A stretch of 64,000 nt of DNA from the NCBI GenBank assembly GCA_950097015.1, contig CATNEN010000005.1, positions 682,001 to 746,000 of the forward strand, in the 5' to 3' direction. Shown piece after piece: positions 20,160 to 31,400 of the stretch. This DNA is from Macrostomum hystrix. Its lineage: Eukaryota; Animalia; Platyhelminthes. The position numbers were made by a program, and so were the translations under genes. Below the pieces are notes generated by a model. The model was given only the letters and a program-made list of their open reading frames with translations, did no database searches and was not told the origin of the DNA. Within the stretch, counting starts at the first letter, position 1. Each line of letters begins with the position of its first letter.

Positions 20160-20600
20160 TAGCCTTTGGAGTCTAAACTGGAAGGTCGTGAGTTCGAATC
20201 GCCATCTCAGCTATCCCCAGCTGTCCAAACATAGGCGTAGGAATGATTAAAAAAGTGGGGGGGGCCAAGGCCAAGGGGAGGATCCATTTCCCCGAAAAAA
20301 ATCCCAAATAGTCACAAAAAGCAGCAAAATGCAAAAATAAGAGTAAAAAATAAGCAAAAAGTCAACATTTTGCATTTAAAATGTGGGGGGCCAGATCTCA
20401 TTACTGGCCCCCCCAACTTAAAAAGTGGGGGGCCATGGCCCCACTGTCCCCCCCCCAACTTAAAAAGTGGGGGGCCATGGCCCCACTGTCCCCCCCCCAA
20501 CTTAAAAAGTGGGGGGCCATGGCCCCACTGTCCCCCCCGTTCCTACGCCTATGTGTCCAAATACGGGTATCCAGGTGGGGTTGAAATTTCGGTTGAAGTG
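20160..20600 (+). mobile_element. tRNA-derived SINE remnant interrupted by the MITE at 20230-20553
   Basis: GGAAGGTCGTGAGTTCGAATC B-box head left of the MITE; CCCAGCTGTCCAAA|TACGGGTATCC continues across the insertion, like the CAGCTGTAAATGGGTACC SINE motif. Confidence 0.45.
20230..20553. mobile_element. Non-autonomous hAT-type DNA transposon (MITE), 324 bp
   Basis: Perfect 14-bp TIRs CATAGGCGTAGGAA / TTCCTACGCCTATG; perfect 8-bp TSD TGTCCAAA (20222-20229 and 20554-20561); three internal ~39-bp tandem units. Confidence 0.87.
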
Positions 20601-21059
20601 TCGGCCTCGCGGCATTATATTCACTTAAAATGTACTTTTGCCACTTCAGCAAGGCGAATAAGTAGAGAAATCATATGACTAATACATAGTTTCTATCATC
20701 CAGCTGATTGGCGTCGTTATGTCGAATCCACCAGTATAGCTGTAGATTCTACACCAATGAGGGCTTGAATCAATAGGAATTAGCGCTTCCTGAATTCCTG
20801 AATAAGAATTTCAGGGTCTTTATCCAGCTACTTCAACAAAAATGCAGGCAGCAAATGTTTTATAGATTTGATATCAATGCTAATCATGTTTAAGACTCAA
20901 TTTGTTGGTGAGGCTCGTATGGATATGCTATCCCTATTAATCAATGTCTTATTAAGATATTCTCGTTAGACGTATGGATTTTAACAAATATAGGTTGTCT
21001 TATGCTGCAACTGTATTCTTAAAAATCTATGTTGTCAATTTAACTCTATGCGATTTTAT

Positions 21060-21369
21060 TTAATAATTAATAATTGATTACACCTGCCCCAATTGGGTCA
21101 GATGTGCAGCCGACAGCACAGCTGCAGCTATTGCGCGGCGCATCTGAAAGCTGCGTACAGCTGTTCAGTCCATGGACTGGGGGGGACGCCACACCCACCT
21201 TCAATTATCCCAGCTGATGCTGGTACCCATTTAACAGCTGGGTGAACTGAAGCAATGCAGAGTTAAGTGTGTTGCTAAAGGGCACAAATTGTTCCAGTGG
21301 AGTCGGGAATCGAACCCCCGACCTTCAAGTCGTGAGTCCGACGCCCTAACCACAACAGGCTACAACATC
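21060..21369 (-). mobile_element. SINE family A, second full copy
   Basis: Near-identical to 7553-7845; flanked by an imperfect direct repeat ACTCTATG..ATTTT. Confidence 0.85.
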
Positions 21370-21464
21370 TTTACTCTATGTATTTTTCTTAAAAGACAAA
21401 GCATACATTTCATAGTTCATTTCTCAATAAATCATACTAGCTTGCAGTAATTTTATCTATAAAA

Positions 21465-21700
21465 TCTCACCGGAATCTCTCAAATCTCACTGAAATCTCT
21501 CAAATCTCACTGAAATCTCTCAAATCTCACTGAAATCTCTCAAATCTCACCGGAATCTCTAAATCTCACTGAAATCTCTCAAATCTCACTGAAATCTCTC
21601 AAATCTCACTGAAATCTCTCAAATCTCACTGAAATCTCTCAAATCTCAACCAAATCTCTTAAATTTCACTGAAATCGCTCAATCCTCACATATACATTGA
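21465..21700. repeat. 20-bp minisatellite (AATCTCACTGAAATCTCTCA)
   Basis: Visible tandem units. Confidence 0.9.
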
Positions 21701-21964
21701 AATCCCACAAAAACATTAAAATCTCCCTTAAATCCCTTAAAACTAAACAAAATCACTCAAATCTCACATAGGTCTCCCATAATGTTTTTTAGGCACATAT
21801 AATCAAATGTTCTAACTGATTTAAATACAAGCCGCATTCTGACAGTCATATTTTGAGCAGTTCTCAAATTCTCAATCTAAAGGGCTTCACCGCCCAACGA
21901 ATGTCTATTTTTGCCCACAAGAGAAGCTGTCAATCTGAAGTGCTTGTTCTCCTACATGAAATAT

Positions 21965-24900
21965 GCGAAGAGATAGGACACGGGAGAGATGAGACAGGGG
22001 AGAGATGAGACAGGGGAGAGATGAGACACGAGAGCGATGAGACACGGGAGAGATTAGACACGAGAGCGATGAGACACAGGAGAGATGAGACACGGGAGAG
22101 ATGAGACAGGGGAGAGATGAGACACGAGAGAGATGAGACACGGGAGAGATTAGACACGAGAGCGATGAGACACAGGAGAGATGAGACACGGGAGAGATGA
22201 GACAGGGGAGAGATGAGACACGAGAGCGATGAGACACGGGAGAGATTAGACACGAGAGCGATGAGACACGGGAGAGATTAGACACGAGAGCGATGAGACA
22301 CAGGAGAGATGAGACACGGGAGATATTAGACACGAGAGCGATGAGACACAGGAGAGATGAGACACGGGAGAGATGAGACAGGGGAGAGATGAGACACAGG
22401 AGAGATTAGACACGAGAGAGATGAGACACGGGAGAGATAGGACACGGGAGAGATGAGACACGAGAGAGATAGGACACGGGAGAGATGAGACAGGGGAGAG
22501 ATGAGACACGAGAGCGATGAGACACGGGAGAGATTAGACACGAGTGCGATGAGACACGGGAGAGATTAGACACGAGAGCGATGAGACACAGGAGAGATGA
22601 GACACGGGAGAGATAAGACACAGGAGAGATTAGACACGGGAGAGATTAGACACGGGAGAGATGAGACACGAGAGCGATGAGACACGGGAGAGATTAGACA
22701 CGGGAGAGATGAGACACGGGAGAGATTAGACACGGGAGATATTAGACACGAGAGCGATGAGACACAGGAGAGATGAGACACGGGAGAGATGAGACAGGGG
22801 AGAGATGAGACACAGGAGAGATTAGACACGGGAGAGATTAGACACGAGAGAGATGAGACACGGGAGATATAGGACACGGGAGAGATGAGACACAGGAGAG
22901 ATGAGACACGGGAGAGATTAGACACGGGAGAGATAAGACACGAGAGCGATGAGACACAGGAGAGAAAAGACACGGGACGGGAGAGATAGGACACGGGAGA
23001 GATTAGACACGAGAGCGATGAGACACGGGAGAGATTAGACACGAGAGCGATGAGACACAGGAGAGATGAGACACGGGAGAGAAGAGACACAGGAGAGATT
23101 AGACACGGGAGAGATTAGACACGGGAGAGATAAGACACGAGAGAGATGAGACACGGGAGAGATAGGACACGGGAGAGATAAGACACGGGAGAGATAGGAC
23201 ACGGGAGAGATAAGACAGGGGAGAGATGAGACACAGGAGAGATTAGACACGAGAGAGATGAGACACGGGAGAGATAGGACACGGGAGAGATGAGACACGA
23301 GAGAGATAGGACACGGGAGAGATGAGACAGGGGAGAGATGAGACACGAGAGCGATGAGACACGGGAGAGATTAGACACGAGAGCGATGAGACACGGGAGA
23401 GATTAGACACGAGAGCGATGAGACACAGGAGAGATGAGACACGGGAGAGATAAGACACAGGAGAGATTAGACACGGGAGAGATTAGACACGGGAGAGATG
23501 AGACACGAGAGCGATGAGACACGGGAGAGATTAGACACGGGAGAGATGAGACACGGGAGAGATTAGACACGGGAGAGATTAGACACGAGAGCGATGAGAC
23601 ACAGGAGAGATGAGACACGGGAGAGATGAGACAGGGGAGAGATGAGACACAGGAGAGATTAGACACGGGAGAGATTAGACACGAGAGAGATGAGACACGG
23701 GAGAGATAGGACACGGGAGAGATGAGACACAGGAGAGATGAGACACGGGAGAGATTAGACACGGGAGAGATAAGACACGAGAGCGATGAGACACAGGAGA
23801 GAAAAGACACGGGACGGGAGAGATAGGACACGGGAGAGATTAGACACGAGAGCGATGAGACACGGGAGAGATTAGACACGAGAGCGATGAGACACAGGAG
23901 AGATGAGACACGGGAGAGAAGAGACACAGGAGAGATTAGACACGGGAGAGATTAGACACGGGAGAGATGAGACACGGGAGAGATAGGACACGGGAGAGAT
24001 AAGACACGGGAGAGATAGGACACGGGAGAGATAAGACACGGGAGAGATGAGACACGGGAGAGATAGGACACGGGAGAGATAAGACACGGGAGAGATGAGA
24101 CACGGGAGAGATGAGACACGGGAGAGATAGGACACGGGAGAGATAAGACACGGGAGAGAAAAGACACGGGAGAGATAGGACACGGGTGAGATAAGACACG
24201 GGAGAGATGAGACAGGGGAGAGATTAGACACGAGAGCGATGAGACACGGGAGAGATGAGACACGAGAGCGATGAGACACGGGAGAGATTAGACACGGGAG
24301 AGATGAGACACGGGAGAGATTAGACACGGGAGAGATTAGACACGAGAGCGATGAGACACAGGAGAGATGAGACACGGGAGAGATGAGACAGGGGAGAGAT
24401 GAGACACAGGAGAGATTAGACACGGGAGAGATTAGACACGGGAGAGATGAGACACGAGAGAGATAGGACACGGGAGAGATGAGACAGGGGAGAGATGAGA
24501 CACGAGAGCGATGAGACACGGGAGAGATTAGACACGGGAGAGATGAGACACGGGAGAGATTAGACACGGGAGAGATTAGACACGAGAGCGATGAGACACA
24601 GGAGAGATGAGACACGGGAGAGATGAGACAGGGGAGAGATGAGACACAGGAGAGATTAGACACGGGAGAGATTAGACACGAGAGAGATGAGACACGGGAG
24701 AGATAGGACACGGGAGAGATGAGACACAGGAGAGATGAGACACGGGAGAGATTAGACACGGGAGAGATAAGACACGAGAGCGATGAGACACAGGAGAGAA
24801 AAGACACGGGACGGGAGAGATAGGACACGGGAGAGATTAGACACGAGAGCGATGAGACACGGGAGAGATTAGACACGAGAGCGATGAGACACAGGAGAGA

Positions 24901-25372
24901 TGAGACACGGGAGAGAAGAGACACAGGAGAGATTAGACACGGGAGAGATTAGGCACGGGAGAGATAAGACACGAGAGAGATGAGACACGGGAGAGATGAG
25001 ACACGGGAGAGATGAGACGCGGGAGAGATAGGACACGGGAGAGATAAGACACGGGAGAGAAAAGACACGGGAGAGATAGGACACGGGTGAGATAAGACAC
25101 GGGAGAGATGAGACAGGGGAGAGATTAGACACGAGAGCGATGAGACACAGGAGAGATGAGACACGGGAGAGATTAGACACGGGAGAGATGAGACACAGGA
25201 GAGATGAGACAGGGGAGAGATTAGACACGAGAGCGATGAGACACAGGAGAGATGAGACACGGGAGAGATAAGACACGGGAGAGATGAGACACAGGAGAGA
25301 TGAGACACGGGAGAGATAAGACACGGGAGAGATGAGACACAGGAGAGATGAGACACGGGAGAGATTAGACAC
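21965..25372. repeat. 3.4-kb purine-rich 16-18-bp minisatellite (GAGAGATGAGACACGG / GAGAGATTAGACAC / GAGAGCGATGAGACAC) with higher-order duplication
   Basis: Visible units; a marker variant CACGGGACGG recurs at 22971, 23808 and 24805. Confidence 0.96.
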
Positions 25373-25377
25373 GAGGG

Positions 25378-25426
25378 AGCTTCGAGGGCCGCATCTGGCC
25401 CGCGGGCCGGAGTTTGCCGACCCCTG
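25378..25426. mobile_element. Orphan terminal end of a hAT-type MITE
   Basis: GAGGGCCGCATCTGGCCCGCGGGCCGGAGTTTGCCGACCCCTG; the reverse complement begins CAGGGGTCGGCAAAC, a common animal hAT/Charlie-like terminus. No partner end found. Confidence 0.55.
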
Positions 25427-26045
25427 CTATAAATGATTATATAGCTCAAACTAATTGTAGAGAATTTTTTTCAGTCCATCATCTACTACCTAGGTACAGC
25501 TAGCTGTACGGTACATTCTCCGGAGCAGTATAAAAAACTTTCGCCGATTTCTTTTAGCCGGAGAAAAACGCGAATGTCACGCACGATCTGCTCTCGGATA
25601 AAGAGGCTTTTGATATTCTGGCGATTAGAAAATGGAGACTGCAGTGGGTTAAAATTTTAACAAAAATATGATTTTATGGGGCCTTAACGCACACGATTTT
25701 CTTTCGTGTAGAAGGACCATGCTATTTTGCCCTCGGGAAAGATCACGGGTATTACCAATTGCCTACTTCACGATAGATCCCAAACCGAATGACCGATTTT
25801 TCGTAAAATTGCACGATAAAAATCTAGTTTTCCGCCCTTTGCGATGAAGCGAACTTTCAAAGCCGTTCGACGTCAGCATCGTCGAGATATTCAGCGATTC
25901 TTGTCGAAGACCCTGGTGACAAGGACAACTATTGCTTCAATATCAAAATAATTAACAATTTAATCAACAGTGTAATAAAATGAATGTCCTAGCTGGAGCG
26001 TGAGGAATTTAAAGCTAGCGACTATTCACTATTCACCGGGGTCGG

Positions 26046-27115
26046 TGTCCTACCAATCGTTTCAATAGCAGCAGGGAAATCTGGAATTAAATAGCGTTAG
26101 AGACTGCGGTAGCGAGCGAAGCGGAATAGATAAGCGATGAGACCAGTGTCGTCCTCCGGCCCGGCGAAACTCCCAATGAAAAATAATAACACAGTATAGT
26201 ATGAACGCGAAGACTCGAATAAATTGATAGGGAGTGATTTAATATCAGTTGTGACTCGCTATGATTCCAGATAAGAATGGGAATTGATTTGAATCTCGTT
26301 TACTTGACTTAAAAGTTACATTGACAGAATAAGGATGTTCACACGGAAATAAATTATAGCGCGCTCACAGTGAAAAGCAAGTCTGGTCTAACAATTTGGA
26401 TATAACAATTTTACTTAAACTGGCCTAATCCGCGCCCTACTCTTCCCGAGAGGCTCCGGTTGTCTCTGCTTTCAGCGCTGCCCCGACAGATCCTATCGGT
26501 TGGCACTCCTTCTGCCTGACGGTGGAGTCTCCGAAGAGAGCACGTACTGACTTCGACAACAAGCGCCTATCTAGACCACCCTTGTCAGCGGCGCACTCTC
26601 AAGACGCGTAGCGCCGAAAGCTACCTAACTGAACAAGCGGAGCGTGGTCGGGCGGGGAGAGACAAAACAAGTGGACTGGTTTGCACGTGCTTCTCACAGT
26701 GTGAGGCGAATTGCGGAGAACGATAAAAGTCACTGCAAAAACACGCTTCCTTTTATAGAGTCATTTTAACCCCAAATTAGGTCGATCGGCGAGGTGGATG
26801 CCTGGCTGTAGCTTGAGCCAAGGCGACAAATCACAGTAGACTTGCGACCGCCGTTCTGAGCCCCGGGGTCGCTTCTTGCCGAGGGTAGACAGGTAGTGAG
26901 GCCGGATCGCTCGCTGATTGGCCGGGACTGTAGCCCACGCCCAAACTCAGGGGTAGCGCTCGCGGGGTGGTGGGCGTCCGTTCCCCCGGCTTGTCCGGCC
27001 CGGCTTGGCGTGGGTGACTTTTAGCAAAAAAACACGTGTCTAAAAATAAGTACTGAATAATAACACGGGGAGATAGAAGGGCAAACAAGCTGACACTACA
27101 CCAGTAATAACCGAC
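26046..27115 (-). mobile_element. Putative solo-LTR-like or other unclassified repeat
   Basis: GC-rich non-coding block with TGT...ACA ends, a minus-strand CCAAT (GGCCAATCAG) and TATAAAAG. No TSD verified. Confidence 0.3.
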
Positions 27116-27389
27116 ATAGTTACATAATGAATTTTTTTAGCAGAAAAATGATGCCTATATTGGTAATATTTTTGCCTCTAGACACCCGGTCGAGAATCGT
27201 TGAATATCTCGACGATGCCGATGTTTTGTGATTCTGGAAGCTGTTTAACAGGATGGAGCGGAAAATTTTGGCTCGTGTTCCGCATTTTCACGGCGATTGG
27301 TTGAACATTTTAGACGATACAGGAGGATTTAAAAAGAAAGATTTGGGTATTTTTAGTACCACCGTGGTCTCTCTTCTGTCAAAAAGAGG

Positions 27390-28077
27390 GTATAGCTTTT
27401 GCCATTCAATCTCAGTGTTTTGTCATTCATACTCAGCCCTCATAGAATTAATCCAGCCAGTTGGCGCCGTTTGGCCCATAGACTATCACTCTGTACCATT
27501 CAATCTCGGGTTTTGTCATTCATACTCAGCCCCCATAGAATTAATCCAGCCAGTTGGCGCCGTTTGGCCCATAGACTATCGCTCTGTACCATTCAATCTC
27601 GGGTTTTGTCATTCAAACTCAGGCTTTAATGTGGAGAAGGAATGTGGATAAGGAATGAACAGGTTATTATTCCTCAGCTCGGCTCATGTAACACAGGACC
27701 GAAAAACAGACTTGTTAAACTTGTTAAACATAATGCAGTTCATACACATTACAAGTAAAACAACTCTAGTTTCATAGTGAGAAACATACGGATTTCAGCG
27801 GAATTGTTAATGTCTTGGATCAGAACAGTAACTCAGAGAAAAGGAATTTGCATACGTGTCTAGTGCAACGTGGCCCAGGCACTCCATGTAAGCACATCGC
27901 CCATGTAAGCACATCGCCCATGTAAGCACATCGCCAATGTAAGTTGGGCGATGTAAGCAAATGCTATGGAATAAATTTATAATTTAGCTGTCTTTGGGAG
28001 GACTGCGTTTGAGAGACCGAGCTTATAAAGCCTGAGTTTGAATGACAAAACCCGAGATTGAATGGCAAAAGCTATAC
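27390..28077. mobile_element. Non-autonomous TIR element (~690 bp) with an internal ~102-bp tandem duplication
   Basis: Left GTATAGCTTTTGCCATTCAATCTC is the reverse complement of right GAGATTGAATGGCAAAAGCTATAC. The TIR-related unit is repeated at 27390-27630; CCATGTAAGCACATCGC occurs 3 times inside. Confidence 0.65.
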
Positions 28078-28484
28078 TTAGTAAGCATTCAAAGCTTTTA
28101 GCTTCAGTTGCCCAATCCTGCTCCCATCTTTACCTTGAGTTTCAGGAAGTAAAAAACCATTCTTGTGTGTTACTGTGCACGCAACTTCAAATAGCGTCTA
28201 TCTATTGTGTAATGAAAGCATGGCCTTATAAGTTGGACAATCGGCGCAATGTGTCAGGATGTGTGTTCCAATGCCAATATTGTATTGTATTACGAGCTAT
28301 AATCTGTCTGCTCCGATGAAAAATCCGTAGCCAATCAGTTCCGTGGGAAGCTACATGGCACCTGATTGGTCCGTTCTTATACGCGGATGGATAATTCTAG
28401 ATGTTTTAAAGGGCCGATTGAGTTTAGGCAGTTAGTTCAAAAACGACAAGTCTGAACCATAGACAGCTTCATTTAAAGAGCGAG

Positions 28485-31400
28485 ATGCAGGAGCCGGGTC
28501 CCTGGTCCATGGACAATCGACTCAGATTGCGAGCCAAATTTGAGCTCGGAGAAGATGAGACCACACTGAGCGTGAAGTGTTCGGCACTGCGGAGGCTGCT
28601 TGAGTTCTGCGAGGATGAGATCTGTTGAGTGATTCGATTATGGGCTGCTGGGGCACTTCAGATGGAATGAGACAAATCGCTAGGCGGGCCAGGTAGAGAT
28701 GTAGAGAGAGAGACAGAAGAGAGGAGAGAGAGGAGAGCGGGAGAGAGGAGAGAGGACACTGCCCATTGAATTTCAAAAATCTAATGTTGGAATCGATTCC
28801 GATATGTATCGAAAAAAATGAAATCCAGATTCCAATCAAGGCAACTCCAGACGCGTTTCGCTCTTGTTGGAGAGTGAGTGAGAGGTAGAGAGAGGTAGAG
28901 AGAGGTAGAGAGAGGTAGAGAGAGGTAGAGAGTGAGAGAGGTAGAGAGTGAGAGAGGTAGAGAGGTAGAGAGTGAGAGAGAGGTAGAGAGAGGTAGAGAG
29001 AGGTAGAGAGAGGTAGAGAGAGGTAGAGAGTGAGAGAGGTAGAGAGAGGTAGAGAGAGGAAGAGGGAGGTAGAGAGAGGTAGAGAGTGAGAGGGGGGTAG
29101 AGAGTGAGAGAGGTAGAGAGTGAGAGAGGTAGAGAGGTAGAGAGAGGTAGAGAGTGAGAGAGGTAGAGAGTGAGAGAGAGGTAGAGAGTGAGAGAGAGGT
29201 AGAGAGAGGTAGAGAGTGAGAGAGAGGTAGAGAGAGGTAGAGAGAGGTAGAGAGTGAGAGAGAGGTAGAGAGTGAGAGAGAGGTAGAGAGTGAGAGAGAG
29301 GTAGAGAGTGAGAGAGAGGTAGAGAGTGAGAGAGAGGTAGAGAGTGAGATAGAGGTAGAGAGTGAGAGAGAGGAAGAGAGTGAGAGAGAGGAAGAGAGAG
29401 GTAGAGAGAGAAGTTGAGTCAGGTAGAGAGTGAAAATTGAGTTAATCGAATCGATAGAGAAGATCGAATCTAGACTAAAACTAATTAAGAGGGTAATGAG
29501 AGAAATAGAATAAGTCACAACAGTTAGTGGGAAGGAGATCGCGCACTGATTAAATAGGCAGAAGTAGTCATGCTAGCACCCGCATTCTCCCTCCATCCGT
29601 GCAGCTCCTCAGCGCACAGACCCGGCATTCCTCATTCGCTTCCTTCGAGCACGCCGTTTCGACGTCGAATCGGCTGCCGACCTCTGCGCCAAATATTTCC
29701 GGTTCCGGCGTAGCCATAGCAACGGCCTTCTAGCCAACTTCAACTGTCGCGATCCCGGCGTTGTGTCAGCCCTGCGCGACGGCCTGCCATCGGTGCTGGA
29801 GGCTCGGGATCATCAGCGCCGAGCCGTGCTGCTGTTTCGACCCGGACGGTGGGACGCCAAGCAATGCTCGGCTGACTCAGTGATTCGGGCCACACTGCTC
29901 ACACTGGAGAAGCTGCTGGAATCTGACGAGGCCCAGGTTGCTGGTGCTGTTCTGGTGATCGACTGGGACGGATTCTCGACTGTCAACGACTGCGGACAGG
30001 TGACGCCCGCCGTCAGGACTCTGGCATACTGCCTGGAGGTGCGTGTCTACCGTCTCTCTCTACTTTGAGTGTCTACCTTCTCTCTCTACTCTGCGTGTCT
30101 ACCGTCTCTCTCTACTCTGCGTGCCTACCGTCTCTCTCTACTCTGCGTGTCTACCGTCTCTCTCTACTCTGCGTGTCTATCGTCTCTCTCTACTCTGCGT
30201 GTCTACCGTCTCTCTCTACTCTGCGTGTCTATCGTCTCTCTTAACTCTGCGTGTCTATCGTCTCTCTATACTCTGCGTGTCTACCGTCTCTCTCTACTCT
30301 GCGTGTCTACCGTCTCTCTATACTCTGCGTGTCTACCGTCTCTCTCTACTCTGCGTGTCTATCGTCTCTCTCTACTCTGCGTGTCTACCGTCTCTCTCTA
30401 CTCTGCGTGTCTACCGTCTCTCTCTACTCTGCGTGTCTACCGTCTCTCTCTACTCTGCGTGTCTACCGTCTCTCTCTACTCTGCGTGTCTACCGTCTCCA
30501 CTATATTCTCTACTCCAGCATATTCCATTCTATTTTATTCCATGGAATCCTATTCTACTCAATTATATTCTATTCAGTTCTATTCTATTCTATTCCATTC
30601 CATTCCATTCTATTCTATTCTATTCTATTCTATTCTATTATATTCTACGAGTATTCTATTCTATTCTATCCCATTCCATTCTATTCCATTCAATTGCATT
30701 CTATTCCATTCTATTCCATTCTATTCCATTCTATTCCATTCTATTCCATTCTATTCCATTCTTTTCTATTCTACTCCATTTCGAATCGCAGCAAGATGCA
30801 AATCAGTGGCGGCATACTTCATAGTATTATTTAAAACATGGCTGGCTTCTCTAAAAAATGCTATCCAAATATCTTTTTAAGCATGAGTCGTGAAAGAACC
30901 ACACCCTTCTGCTCATATAATACAGCTGCTTAGACTAGAGCACGATATAATAGTACACGGGCTCAAGTATAAACTAAAAAAATCCAATATACTTAAAAAC
31001 GACAGAAAGGTAAAAATTCCACTTCCATCTAAAAAATTCCTTTGATTTAACACTAGCTAGTTGGTGAGATGTTTCACAATCCCATTCATTTTCTACCCAT
31101 CCCAGGCCCCACTAAATCTCCCATCTCATACAATCCGTGACTTATAAGAACTAGGCTTAGTATCTGCTGGCTAGCACACGCATTCCTTTAGCCCTTGAAT
31201 AATTCACAAAATTTGTCAGCGGCGATAAATTCCCCCCCCCCAAACCCTCTTATCAGAATCAGTCGAACATAAAACTCACCCCATCTATTAGTTGCTAGGG
31301 AAAGCCTATGCAATATTTTGCTTGGGATTGGGATAAATTACAAAACCGATCATTACCGAACTGTTTCCCACATTTGAGCAGGATTTTTCCACCTCAACGC

